Source: a virus
Lineage: Duplodnaviria > Caudoviricetes
IMG/VR virus record: IMGVR_UViG_3300020393_000012
Location: 1-36,140 of that record
Length of the DNA: 36,140 nucleotides
Direction: 5' to 3' (one strand)
Shown: positions 16,957 through 27,800 of the stretch, piece by piece
Layout of the letters: each line of letters begins with the position of its first letter
How positions within the stretch are numbered: position 1 is the first letter of the stretch
Made by a program: the position numbers and the translations under genes
Notes under the pieces: generated by a model
Database searches by the model: none
What the model was told of the DNA's origin: nothing
What the model saw: the letters and a program-made list of their open reading frames with translations, nothing else

Positions 16957-17759
16957 TGTTTAAACCTCTGAACACAAGCGACCACACGACAGCCTATCGT
17001 AAGACGTTGTTATATGGTCATCATGGGTGGGGCAAGACCACTCAATTTATCCACTATCAGAAACACTACGGAAAAGGATTTATCCTATCTGGAGAGAGTG
17101 GGTTGAGTTCAATCAGAAGTGCTGGAATAGATTATCTACCTTTCACTTCATGGTGTGGAACTACTGACCCTGATAAGGGAGAGTATTCCTTTGTAGACAT
17201 TTTTAAATGGATTCAGACTGATGAGTTCAAGAAGAATGAATACAAGTGGATAGGTATAGATAGTCTTACTGAATTATCTGACATGAGCATGGCATACGCT
17301 GACAAGTGTGCTGACGAAGAAGCTGAAAAAAACAACAAAGCCAAGAATGGTTTTGCAGTTTATGCACAACATGGCATTCAAATCATAGGTGCTTGTAAGC
17401 AACTTCGTGATATGCCTTGCCACTTCCTTGTAACTGCTCTTGCCAAAGAGTCACAAGATGACAATGGCAACATTGAGTATTGGGCAATGGTAACTGGCAA
17501 GTCTACACAACAACAACTTCCAGGAATCTTTGACAACGTATTCTGTGCAGTACGACATACAGCGAGTGGCTCACAAAATACTGATGGCAAAGTAATTCGT
17601 TATGTAATCACAGACGAATACAGAGGCTGGAAAGGTAAGGTCAGAGACGAAAAGCGAAGACTAAATGCAGTCGAGCAAACTGGAAACATTGTCAATCTTT
17701 TCAAGAAGATGGACATGGACGACGAAGAATTTAACAAACGTAAAGAAGGGAGCAAATAA
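16956..17759 (+). CDS. AAA_24/Sak4-like ATPase (ssDNA-annealing recombinase)
   Basis: LLYGHHGWGKTT and IGIDSLTEL motifs; sits upstream of an SSB gene. Confidence 0.85.
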   Translation: MFKPLNTSDHTTAYRKTLLYGHHGWGKTTQFIHYQKHYGKGFILSGESGLSSIRSAGIDYLPFTSWCGTTDPDKGEYSFVDIFKWIQTDEFKKNEYKWIGIDSLTELSDMSMAYADKCADEEAEKNNKAKNGFAVYAQHGIQIIGACKQLRDMPCHFLVTALAKESQDDNGNIEYWAMVTGKSTQQQLPGIFDNVFCAVRHTASGSQNTDGKVIRYVITDEYRGWKGKVRDEKRRLNAVEQTGNIVNLFKKMDMDDEEFNKRKEGSK

Positions 17760-18283
17760 TGGCGTTTAATTTTAATAACCTTAACTTGAGCAATGTGCAG
17801 TTTTCATCTGGCTCAAGTGTCATACCAGTGGGAGACCATGTGGTCAGTGTCACTGGTGCAGAACTGACTAGAACTAAAACTGGTGCTAGTCAGGTTATGG
17901 TAACAGTAGAGAATAATGACGGACAAACACTGCGTAAGTGGATAACTATACACAATCCAAACAGTGAAGATAACACTAGGATTGGTAGGTCAGAACTCAA
18001 AGCTCTTTTAGTTCACGGTAATCACAAAGACCCTGACAACATAGGACAACACGGTATTGAATCTATGATAGGATTGAAAGTGGGTATCAAAGTCGTTGAA
18101 GATACCTACACGAAAGATGGTCAAGAACGTGTGGGTTCGAAGCTGAAGAGTTTTATTCCACCTATGAACGCTGATGCTTCTTTCAATCCTCCAAAGGAGA
18201 TTGCTTCGGAGGAGGCTTCCTCCGCTTCTTCGGAACAAAAGCCAGAGGGGGAAAGTACAGATGACGACGAGATACCTTTTTAA
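17759..18283 (+). CDS. Single-stranded DNA-binding protein (DUF669-like)
   Basis: IPVGDH start pattern and acidic C-terminal DDDEIPF tail. Confidence 0.82.
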   Translation: MAFNFNNLNLSNVQFSSGSSVIPVGDHVVSVTGAELTRTKTGASQVMVTVENNDGQTLRKWITIHNPNSEDNTRIGRSELKALLVHGNHKDPDNIGQHGIESMIGLKVGIKVVEDTYTKDGQERVGSKLKSFIPPMNADASFNPPKEIASEEASSASSEQKPEGESTDDDEIPF

Positions 18284-18287
18284 GAGG

Positions 18288-18315
18288 ATAGGGGAGGCTT
18301 TTGCCTCCCCTATTT
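18288..18315 (+). terminator. 11-bp hairpin, weak terminator or translational element
   Basis: ATAGGGGAGGC-TTTT-GCCTCCCCTAT with only a short T tail. Confidence 0.6.
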
Positions 18316-18319
18316 AATT

Positions 18320-19108
18320 ATGGATATTACACAGAAAATTACAGATTACTTTGAAACCTTAGATGATGATGAAGCAAGAGCTTATATTGGTGCTTCTTCA
18401 ATCGGTCACGAATGCACTGCATACCTATCTTTTACACACAGAGGTTATCCCAACACACCACCTGACGAGAGACTGAAAAGAATCTTTCGTGACGGTCATA
18501 GAATTGAGAACGTCGTTGTAAAAGATATGACAAGTGCTGGTGTGCATGTCATGGAGAAAGACCCTATGACTGGAAAGCAGTGGAGATACACTGACTACGA
18601 AGGTCATGCCATGGGGAATGCTGATGGAATTGTTGAGATACATGATGGGACTTCAGCAATACTTGAAATCAAATCTATGAACGACCAAAAGTTTAAGGAG
18701 TTCCAAAAGAAGGGAATGAAACTTAGCCACCCTCAATACTATGCACAAGTGCAATATCTTATGGGTTTATCAAAGTGTCAGAAAGCTGTGTTAGTTTCTT
18801 ATAACAAAAACAACTCACAGTATCATCACGAGTGGGTTGCTTTTGATATATTTTATTACAACAGTCTGCGACAAAAGGTCGAAGATGTAATCAATGGACT
18901 AGGAAGGAAGTTGTCTAAAGATGAAAGCGATTGGAGATGCAGAGGTTGTTTCAAGAGGGACGTCTGTTGGCATGGTAAAGAGCCAACAAAAAGTAAGAGG
19001 ACTTGTGGGAATAGCAAAGCACAAATCGACTCAGCAGATTGGGTCTGCTCAAAAGGTTGTGAAGAAGAGTGCTTGGACTGGGTTAGATATGAACCTCTTA
19101 AAAAGTAA
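18320..19108 (+). CDS. Cas4-like PD-(D/E)xK exonuclease with Fe-S cysteines
   Basis: GASSIGHEC, GNADG, LEIKS, QVQYLM and CRGCFKRDVC motifs. Confidence 0.85.
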   Translation: MDITQKITDYFETLDDDEARAYIGASSIGHECTAYLSFTHRGYPNTPPDERLKRIFRDGHRIENVVVKDMTSAGVHVMEKDPMTGKQWRYTDYEGHAMGNADGIVEIHDGTSAILEIKSMNDQKFKEFQKKGMKLSHPQYYAQVQYLMGLSKCQKAVLVSYNKNNSQYHHEWVAFDIFYYNSLRQKVEDVINGLGRKLSKDESDWRCRGCFKRDVCWHGKEPTKSKRTCGNSKAQIDSADWVCSKGCEEECLDWVRYEPLKK

Positions 19109-19298
19109 AATACTAAAGTTAGAACATGAGATAACTCGTATTAGAGACAGAATATCTGACATTGAGTTTGAGATTACTCAAGCAAGTATGCAAACAAAGA
19201 GTGAGCTTCAGAAAGAACGACGAAGAGCCATTGATAAATTACGTCACCTTCAGGACGACCTTTATAAGATTAAAGTGGATAATATAAATGAGACCTAG
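19089..19298 (+). CDS. Small coiled-coil protein
   Basis: In-frame ATG 19089 (MNLLKSK...) with heptad pattern; fills the gap. Confidence 0.6.
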   Translation: MNLLKSKILKLEHEITRIRDRISDIEFEITQASMQTKSELQKERRRAIDKLRHLQDDLYKIKVDNINET

Positions 19299-19845
19299 GC
19301 TCATAAGTTTTAGTGGCAAAGAAGGGTCAGGCAAAACATTCTGTGCTGACTTGCTTTGTTCAAGATATGGTTACGTTAAAATTAAAATGGCGAAACCAAT
19401 AAAGGACATGATAAGAGCATTGGGTCTTAATGACAATCATATCGAAGGGCATTTGAAAGATGTTCCTTGCGAGTTACTAGATGGAAGGACACCTAGATGG
19501 GCAATGCAGAGTCTTGGAGTGGAGTGGGGTCGCTCCCTAATCAGCGAAAACTTATGGTTGAACAGATGGGCAGAGATAGTGCATCAAAACCTAGCTATGA
19601 GCAGTTCCGTGGTCGTAGACGATACGAGGTTTCCGAACGAATTAAACAAGGTGCGAGAGTTGAACGGGTTGATAATAGGTTTGAAAAGGAACGCAACGAA
19701 CGACGAAAGTCACTCAAGTAGTTTTAATTCTTGGGAAGATTTAAACGCTGATTTTATTATAGAGAATGATGATAGTTGGGACGAGTTCAAACTAGAGATG
19801 AAGATGCATAGTATAATGTCTCAACTAGATTTAAGAGACCCTTGA
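19288..19845 (+). CDS. Deoxynucleoside monophosphate kinase
   Basis: SGKEGSGKT P-loop, TPRWAMQSLGVEWGR and DDTRFPNE (T4 gp1/T5-type). Confidence 0.9.
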   Translation: MRPRLISFSGKEGSGKTFCADLLCSRYGYVKIKMAKPIKDMIRALGLNDNHIEGHLKDVPCELLDGRTPRWAMQSLGVEWGRSLISENLWLNRWAEIVHQNLAMSSSVVVDDTRFPNELNKVRELNGLIIGLKRNATNDESHSSSFNSWEDLNADFIIENDDSWDEFKLEMKMHSIMSQLDLRDP

Positions 19846-20287
19846 TTTTATGTGGTGCGTACATCATTCCAAACACAAGAACAAGAGTGACAGCAACAGC
19901 AATAATAATAAGAATTATTACAATAGTTTGGATAAGCTCCTCTCTTTCTTTTTTGAGTCTTGCTCTTTCCTCTTGTCTCTTTACCCTTATGTCCCCTCTC
20001 ATCTTTACCAGTTCAGCCCAAGCACCAACGCCTCTGGTCAATATAATTATCTGACGTAACTGGTCTTCTAAATCCTTGGCTTTCTGCTTTGCCAAGAAGG
20101 TATCCATTGCCTCTTCTTCTACTGTTTGAAATATCTTATTCTTTTTTTTATTGTGCTCTGCTTCCACGTCATCTATAGCATGCCATAGTTTCGCTAAATC
20201 TTTGCCCATAGAATGTATTTCTTTTCCAGCACTGATGCCAGATTTAAGGGCGGTAAACGCTCCTACAGCTATAGTTATTGGGTCCAT
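19787..20287 (-). CDS. Coiled-coil protein with C-terminal transmembrane helix
   Basis: MDPITIAVGAF start; hydrophobic IVIILIIIAVAVTLVLVFGMM segment. Confidence 0.75.
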   Translation of the reverse strand: MDPITIAVGAFTALKSGISAGKEIHSMGKDLAKLWHAIDDVEAEHNKKKNKIFQTVEEEAMDTFLAKQKAKDLEDQLRQIIILTRGVGAWAELVKMRGDIRVKRQEERARLKKEREELIQTIVIILIIIAVAVTLVLVFGMMYAPHKIKGLLNLVETLYYASSSLV

Positions 20288-20293
20288 AAATCA

Positions 20294-20440
20294 TCACTTC
20301 TTTTTTAGCACACAAGGACATGGCTTAACCATCATGTTCCCCTTGCGACCACCCTTCGCAAATGATGTTGGTCTACTTGCTTTGCTCACATTACCAGTAG
20401 ACCTTGTTCCTCGTTTAGCACTTGTTATTTTTAAAACCAT
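20294..20440 (-). CDS. 48-aa basic protein (not in ORF track)
   Basis: TAATG coupling to the endolysin stop; GGAG SD; MVLKITSAKRG...KPCPCVLKKK. Confidence 0.6.
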   Translation of the reverse strand: MVLKITSAKRGTRSTGNVSKASRPTSFAKGGRKGNMMVKPCPCVLKKK

Positions 20441-20895
20441 TATGTCTCCATCAGTTCAAAGTGAGGTGCGTCGATAAATGGTCTCTTACCTTGCGACCTC
20501 CTGATATCAATATACTCCATCATGGCGTCTTCGCTCGTCCCATTGTAATCTCCGAGACTTGCGACTGTCCAAGCTCCTCCCCAACGAATCGTTACTTCTA
20601 GTTCCCTGGCGGCTTGTTTCATTGCGTCTGCTACTTCGTCGTAAACATTTAGCTCCCATGTGCCACGACCATCTAAGTAAGCCATCAAGTCTACAGCGTT
20701 TCCCTCCAAATGCTTTGACTTCATAGTTTGAGACGCACCTTTTGCAACAAGTGCTTCTTGCTCTTCTTGTGTTCGTAGTCCACATATCACACCAAAATCT
20801 ACTTTGGTTAGTGTGATAGCCTCCTTGACAACAAGCACAAGGTTTTGATTTACACCTTCTAATTTAGATAAACTTCTTTCAGATAATTCAAACAT
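20440..20895 (-). CDS. Endolysin, M15-family Zn peptidase (T5 lysin-like)
   Basis: GLRTQEEQ, SKHLEGNAVD, IRWGG and DAPHFEL motifs; GGAGG SD. Confidence 0.9.
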   Translation of the reverse strand: MFELSERSLSKLEGVNQNLVLVVKEAITLTKVDFGVICGLRTQEEQEALVAKGASQTMKSKHLEGNAVDLMAYLDGRGTWELNVYDEVADAMKQAARELEVTIRWGGAWTVASLGDYNGTSEDAMMEYIDIRRSQGKRPFIDAPHFELMET

Positions 20896-21218
20896 TACTT
20901 ACCTCCGTTTCTATTCATTATAGCCGACGCACCCATGTATACAGAAACGACGCCACCGCCAGTAAGGTAAAAAAGATTGGATATATCAGCGAGGGCTTCG
21001 ACTCTATCAATAGGAACCACAAACATAGCGGCAGTAAAAGCACCCATAGCAATGAGACACGCAGTAGCCATTCGTCGCTGTGCCCTTTGCTTGCGTAAAT
21101 CGTGTTCAAGACTTTTGATTTCTGCGGCATGTGCTAACTCCTCATCAGAAACAATACCGTCGCCGTCTTCGTCGTACTCAGCGTATATGGATTTTTTCTG
21201 TAATTTTTTTTGTGGCAT
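20895..21218 (-). CDS. Two-TM holin-like membrane protein with an EF-hand-like loop
   Basis: DEDGDGIVSDEE loop and two hydrophobic helices; adjacent to the endolysin. Confidence 0.7.
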   Translation of the reverse strand: MPQKKLQKKSIYAEYDEDGDGIVSDEELAHAAEIKSLEHDLRKQRAQRRMATACLIAMGAFTAAMFVVPIDRVEALADISNLFYLTGGGVVSVYMGASAIMNRNGGK

Positions 21219-21219
21219 A

Positions 21220-21429
21220 TCAGTGTACTCTTACATTCTTCGTGTTTACCTCTGGTATCATTTTGCACCAGCAGTAATAGTTCTTCGTCTCTTCTCCCAT
21301 TCTGAAAGTCTGATTGCTCAGACCATCTCTAAAATAATTACAAGTGTCCATGTTTCTAAAATACATTTGACCTTGTGGTGTTCCCGAAAGAAAACACATC
21401 AGCATAAAAGCTGGTACTAAGTCGCTCAT
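21220..21429 (-). CDS. Small Cys-containing hypothetical protein
   Basis: GAGGA SD; ATGA overlap with the holin. Confidence 0.65.
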   Translation of the reverse strand: MSDLVPAFMLMCFLSGTPQGQMYFRNMDTCNYFRDGLSNQTFRMGEETKNYYCWCKMIPEVNTKNVRVH

Positions 21430-21815
21430 TTTTTCCTCAACATCTTGGCGGCTTGATTGACGCCCTTGATGCCGAACGACGCAGAGATTGCGATAAACAA
21501 TAGGTATTGATACCAGTCAGGGAGAGTAGCTAGTACCTCAAACCCATCTCTCACATACTCCTTCATACCAGGAATGAATACCAGGATTGCTGGTGTTAGT
21601 AGCACGACGAGGGCAAATTCGTCTTTCCATGAGCCGTCAGTTGAGTTAGCCATCTTGCTTTCCCACTCAACTTCTCCAGCCGCAACTTTCTCTGCAACTG
21701 TTGCACGGGCTTTGGCTTCGGCAACTTTTGCCTGTCCGTCTGCCTTCGTCTTTTCAACTTTATTCTCTAGCCATGTGCCAGCTAGATTAGCTATTGGTCC
21801 TAAAAATTGTAGCAT
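21426..21815 (-). CDS. Holin (GTA 3TM-holin-like)
   Basis: SWKDEFALVVL...LPDWYQYLLFIAISASFG pattern; GGAGGA SD. Confidence 0.8.
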   Translation of the reverse strand: MLQFLGPIANLAGTWLENKVEKTKADGQAKVAEAKARATVAEKVAAGEVEWESKMANSTDGSWKDEFALVVLLTPAILVFIPGMKEYVRDGFEVLATLPDWYQYLLFIAISASFGIKGVNQAAKMLRKK

Positions 21816-24800
21816 TAATCAAATCCTCCTTCATCAAATAGAGTCTTGGAGTTGAATCCACCTTTATCAAATCCTCCTCCAGACGTAGATTTCTTACCAC
21901 CTTTGCCTGGTTCACCAGCTATGGTGTCCACTGCACTTTCACGGAAACCTCTTATGCCTCCAGCAACTGGTATCCTTCCAACAACTGAACGCACTGCCTC
22001 TCTACGACGAGCGTTCTTATTCTCTGGGTCAAAGATTCCCATAGGTCCAGCGACAGCTACGTCGTACATGTCTTCTGCCAAACCAACACCAGGACCTAAG
22101 AATGCTGAGAATGTTCGTAGTTTACCGTAAGCTCCGTTGTCTGCTTGTGCGGCTGTGTTGTACAACAACTCTCCAAACAATCCAAAGCCACCTATAGCAA
22201 GTATTCCCTCAAAGTAGTTTGCCATAACTTTGTCAGTCATACTGCCTTCGTCTACTCCGACAAAGTCAGCAAACATCTTTGACAGTCCCATGCCATCTTG
22301 TAGTGTTCTTTTTCTAGGAGCCGCAGATTCTTCGTCCTCTCCACCACGAGACTGAATGAAGTCTTTTGTGTTGTTGACAAACGCTCCAGCACCTATACCA
22401 GCAGTTAACATGTACATTGCTGGGTATGGGTTACCAAGTGTAAACTCATCATATATGTACTTACCCATTCTAGCCATCATCAACTGGAACGATTTAAGCT
22501 GGAACAACATAGAACCCCAAGGAGTCTGCACCATTGCTGGTATATCGTTAGGGTTTGGAGTGTAAACAGTCTCGTTTGCAAACTTCATAATTGCATATCG
22601 AAGTGCTTTGTTAGATTTCTCGTCGTCAAGTCTGATGTCGTTAAGTCTTGGAGCACCATCTAACATAAAGTCTACGTCGGCATTCTCTCCAGTCATTCCG
22701 TATCTTTGCAAGAATCTGATTGCAGTAGCGTAAGACTTGGTATTCTGCTGTCCGTTTTCAATCATCTTCCTTGCCCTTGCTATCTCAGACTTGAAAGCTT
22801 CGTAGCCAACCATGCCAGCAATCTCTCTGTTGATGTTTGTCCATGGTGTTAACAAGGTAAAGTTGAAGAAACTGTTTTGTAATTTTTGTGAACCTTCTCC
22901 AGCCATCTGCACCATTCTATCGTGCATCAAGTTCTCGACTCCAGTTCCTATAGCTCTTGCCGCCCTTCTGTACTCTGGGTCTCTAAAATAATTAGCCAAA
23001 GCTTTTGTATAAGCTTTGAAGTTACCTGACCTAATCAATGGCAACACAAAGTCACCACCTGATGTTAAGGTTGTGAATCCTAACAAGCTGATTGCGTTAA
23101 ATGTTTTAACACCTCTACTTATCTTGTATGCAAGCTCATGTTTGGCATACGGTACAAGGGGTCTCTTGTTGAGTATGTCTATCATGTTCTCTGTAATCTT
23201 CAGAGCGTAGCCATCTCTCAAACCTCTGTTTGGAAAGTCCACAAGACCGTTTGCTATAGCATCAATTCTTATCTTTAACTGTGGGTCATAGTGGTCTTCT
23301 GGGTCGTACAAGTTGTACAAGATGTTTTTGATAGTGTTCTTGTGTTCCCTTACATACTTCTCGTCTGCCAAGAGGTTGTTGATTCTGTCCATAGCAATGT
23401 TAATTTCACCGTCGCCAGCTTTTGCTTTTGGAACTATCTGTCTCTCAACATCTATCTGTGACTGATATTGCTGATTTAAATACCTTCTTACATGTGGGTG
23501 CTTGATAGTGTCAGCCACACCCTCGGTTCCTCTTTGAGCCGCAGTTAGGTAACCATGATAACCATGACCTCCAAGCCCAAGCTTTTCAGTAAGTGCTATC
23601 TTTCTAGTTGTCCTGTCAAAGTATTGTGTTAGCAGACCTTCTAAGTCGTTGACCAAGAAGTCTTCTAGATAGTCGTACTGTTCAGGGTCAATCTTAATCA
23701 GTCTCTGGTAACTTGGGTCTCCGACTGCACGACGTATAACGTCGTCGCCGTAAGTTTCGCCACTAGCACTGATGATTGCGTTCACTAAATCTTCTGCTGT
23801 TTGTCTTGGACTCTTCATTCCAGGAGTTGTTTCGTAGTCTGGTCTTAGACGTTCTTCTTTGAAAAACCTCGTAAACATTTCAACAGCTTGTCCTGGGTTT
23901 GCTGTAAACTTTTCTGTGTTCCATTGTTGTGGAATATAAAAGTCTTGTGCAGTCCTTCTGGCATCACCTATTGGAATACCAGCCTTGACCATTGTTTGCC
24001 TTTCGTTTTCAAAGGTTCTGGCAATAAGCATTGCAGTTCTTTTTTCTTGGTCTGACAATTCCTCAACAGCGTCTCTGCCACGACGTAATGCTTGAAGGAT
24101 ACGTTTGTGACTTCCTGGTTGTGCGGCTTCTTCTCTTAACTCACCCAACTTACCTATTTTAGGTATGAGGTATGAGTTCTTTCTTGACCATCTTTTGAAC
24201 CAGTTTGCATTATCTGGCATTTCTTTTAACTGTTCAAAGATAGGATATATCTTGTCAGCTAAATCAATGTCATGCCTCTCGTAAATACCAACTCCAGTAG
24301 CTGGTTTAATTATATCTGCAAGCCAGTTTACGCCTCTCATTCTTAATTGCTGACTGTTCTCTTTGAAGTGCGACATGACACTAGAGAACTTGCTCATCTT
24401 GTTTTTGTCTTCTGCTGTGATAGGTTTCTTTTGCAACATCTTCTTCATTATAGGAGCCATCTCTGGAGAGCCAGCTTCTACAAGAGCCTTGTTTATGTAA
24501 ATCATGTCATCTACATCAAGTGTTTTGCCAGTCCTCATCATGTGCTCCATTGCAGAGCCAGCTATACCTTCAGAGTTTTCACTGCCTATGACGCTATGAA
24601 ATATTCCTTTTCTATCAGAGTCGTAAGAATCTGCATCTATGTGCTTGACGAGATTTGGACTAAAGATAACTAGCTGTTCATCAGAGCCTTCTTGACCCCC
24701 TTTGATTCCAGCGTAGCCTTCGTCTTGAAGGAATTTAGCAATAGTTGTCTTAGCTTTTTCATGGTTGTTTGGGTCAACAGCCTCAATCATGTAAGCGTAC

Positions 24801-27800
24801 AAAAGCTCTCCATCAAACTCGTCGTCCATACTTAGCTTGTTAACAAGCCTTTCTCTAGACTCCATTGATAGATGACCATTACCTTGGAGTTTGTTTATTA
24901 AGAACAATGCGTCGTTACTTCCGTTTGTTCCCATTGTGTACAACTTGTCTTGACTTAAATCTAAGACATCTTGTTTTCTCACAAACAGAGGCATCACACC
25001 TGAGTGTTGTTTGTAACCAGTTACTATTGAGAAAGCTTTTTGTGCCGCATCTTTGGATTGATGCATCAACTCAAGCTCTCTGCCATGCAAGCCTTCTGTG
25101 ACTTCGTCTAGTATACTGCTCATACCAAAGTGTTCGAACTCCATATCCATAATCTGTTCTTCGTATCTGGTTATGGTGTCAGATAAAGCTTCTGCTTCTT
25201 TCCTTGCTTGTGGGTCAGTAAGTGTGGCGATAATGTTGTCTCTTGCTGGTAGCCCACTTCTTTCCATTGGGTCAGCAAAGTCTCCAGCAAAATCTGCTCT
25301 TGGAGTTACATAAACTCCTGGTCCCATCATTCCGTTTATACTTGGCTTGATGTATACGTCGGGATTTTTGCTTTTGTTGAAAACATCTAGGGCTGGAGTT
25401 CCGTGATACATAACGTAGTCCATCAAGTCTTCGTCTTGACCAATGCCTAGGAACTCTCTTACCTTTAGTTGTCTGTCTAGAGGCATGCTGTCGATAACTT
25501 GTCTAGCATAAGTATTAGCTGTAGACATGCTTACTGCTGGATACTCAAACTCATCTACCAAGTTTTTGATTCTAAATTTATTTCTGTTAGGCGTGAACAT
25601 GTCGCCATGATATGTCATCTGACGGAACATCTGCTTCACAGACTTTCTTCCTATCAGACCATTCACGACGTAAGCTACATACTCGTATAAGTTGTCTGCA
25701 AGTTGCATCAAGTATGGCTTGTTTTTCAGTTCTTGAAGCTGACCTTGACCATATCTCACATCAAAGATATTGCCTTTGGCTACCCTTTCTCCAAGCCATT
25801 GTGCCCAGCTTTCTACGAACCACTCTTCTGCAATATCTTCAGTTCTGTAGTCTGGGAACTGTTGATATAGAGATTTAATCTTTTGTGCCGCTGGGTCTCC
25901 TCTGTTGATAGCATCTGTAAAGGAGTCAAGGATTATGTCTCTGTCTTCTTGAGTGTGTATAGTTCGACTCATCATGTGACCAATTTCATGCATCACATCA
26001 AATGGGTCAGCGTCTCCTTTGTTAATTCCTATAGCATGACGTCTTAGTTGCTTTCTCATATCGTTGAAAGCTACGCCTTTGGTCGGAGCCATGTCTGCGT
26101 AACCAGCCTTTGAGCCTTGTAATGGTTTAGTTCCTGATATCGCATACAAATCCTTCATGCTCATAAAGGCTGTATTTTCTTCAATGTTATCTAATGCTGT
26201 CTTTCCTAATAGGTTAAGCATTCTGTACAACATGGTTCTTGCACCATGCTCTACCACTTTATCCCTATGAGTAATCTTAGATAGAACTTCTTTGATTGTT
26301 ATTGGTGCATCTCCAGGAATGCCATTCTCATTGGAGTGCATTCTTGTTTGATGTGACTCAACTTCAAGTGCTCTGCCAACAACAGAAGATTTTACTTTGT
26401 TCGGAGTCTGGCTAAGTCTCATGCTGTAAGCTATTACGTCGTTAGCTTTGTCGTAATCACCAGCATTCACCAAGTCATCTAGTCTTTTTCGTAGATAGCT
26501 TAACTGCTCTGCTGGCTCTTGCTTTGCCATGTCTAAAGTAAACTCTCGGAAGAACTCCATTCTTGCTTTTTGTTTACTTTTATCAACCTCAACAAAAGGT
26601 GTAGCTTTTCTTCTATTGTGAATCTCTACCTTGAATGGCTTTGCATCAGGAGAGTTTGCTTCGAAACCTCCAGTCTTCACAATGTTTTGCAGAAGCTCTC
26701 CATCACTCATGTCTTTTGGAGACTTGCTTACAACTTCATCTGTCTGCACATTAGAATTTATAAAATCAACTCCCTCATCAAGAGATTGATTAACTATCTC
26801 TGCAAATTTGTGTGCTCTAGACTTTTGTCTCTTTGTAATTTTCTTAGCTATAGTGTTTCCAGCACTGTAAAGAACACCAGCTTTGTTAATGTTTGGAGCT
26901 TTGATTGTGTCGACTTTGTTCATTTGTGTGTTGAAGATTCTAACAAACTCTTCGATACCCATATCCAAAGCTACCACTAAGTCGTTGGCAACATTTTCCA
27001 TGAGAAGCAAAGTCTTTTCTTCGACTGCGTCGCTACCCTTTATTTCAGCTTGTCTTTGGAAGTCACTACTCATCTGGTCGTTGAACGCCTCTTCAACGCC
27101 TTTTTCGTATGACTCGTCGTCTAACCTTTGCTGGTCAATAAGCTCTAGAAGTTCAGCCTCTTCATTTGCTGGTCTTGTTTTAAATCCAGCACCCTCGATT
27201 AGATTTTCTTCTATATTCTTATTTAGCTTTTGCAAATAAGCTTGCTCTTCTAATTGGTCAGCCTTGTTTTTGAAAGTCTTATCAAATGCTATTTGGTCTT
27301 TCATCATTTGATGTATTTTCATACTAGCCCTTAGAAGATTGCTTCTAGCAACTCTTGCTTTATGAAAATAGAAAGGCTTACGTTCTTTGCCGTCTGCACC
27401 AACAATAGTTTTCTTTGCGTAAAACGGTTCGTAAGTATTTCCTAAACCTGTTTTTGTTTTACGTCGTTTATAACTATCAAGTAGCAATATTCTCTTAGCA
27501 CCATTGCCATGAGTAAATGTTCCAGGCTTCCCGCCGAACTTTGTGTATATGCTTTTAGCTACGTCGTAGATTTTTTCTTGCATATCTCTTGGGTTCGTCG
27601 TGCCTTCTGCATGTTGAGTCAGTAACTCTTCAAGCTCAATCTGCATTTCTCTCAACTCATACAACTGTTGAGCGGCAACTGATTCAATCCCAGCTATGTC
27701 TCCTTTACCAGCAAGCTGTCTTGCACTTGCGTACACCTTGGCAAACTGGTTTTTCATAAGACGACCATCAGTGACACCGCCTTTTGCGGCTCCAGGGTCA

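Noticed and set aside
18320-19108. CRISPR-Cas locus
   Set aside because: No repeat-spacer array and no other cas genes; the neighbours are recombination genes
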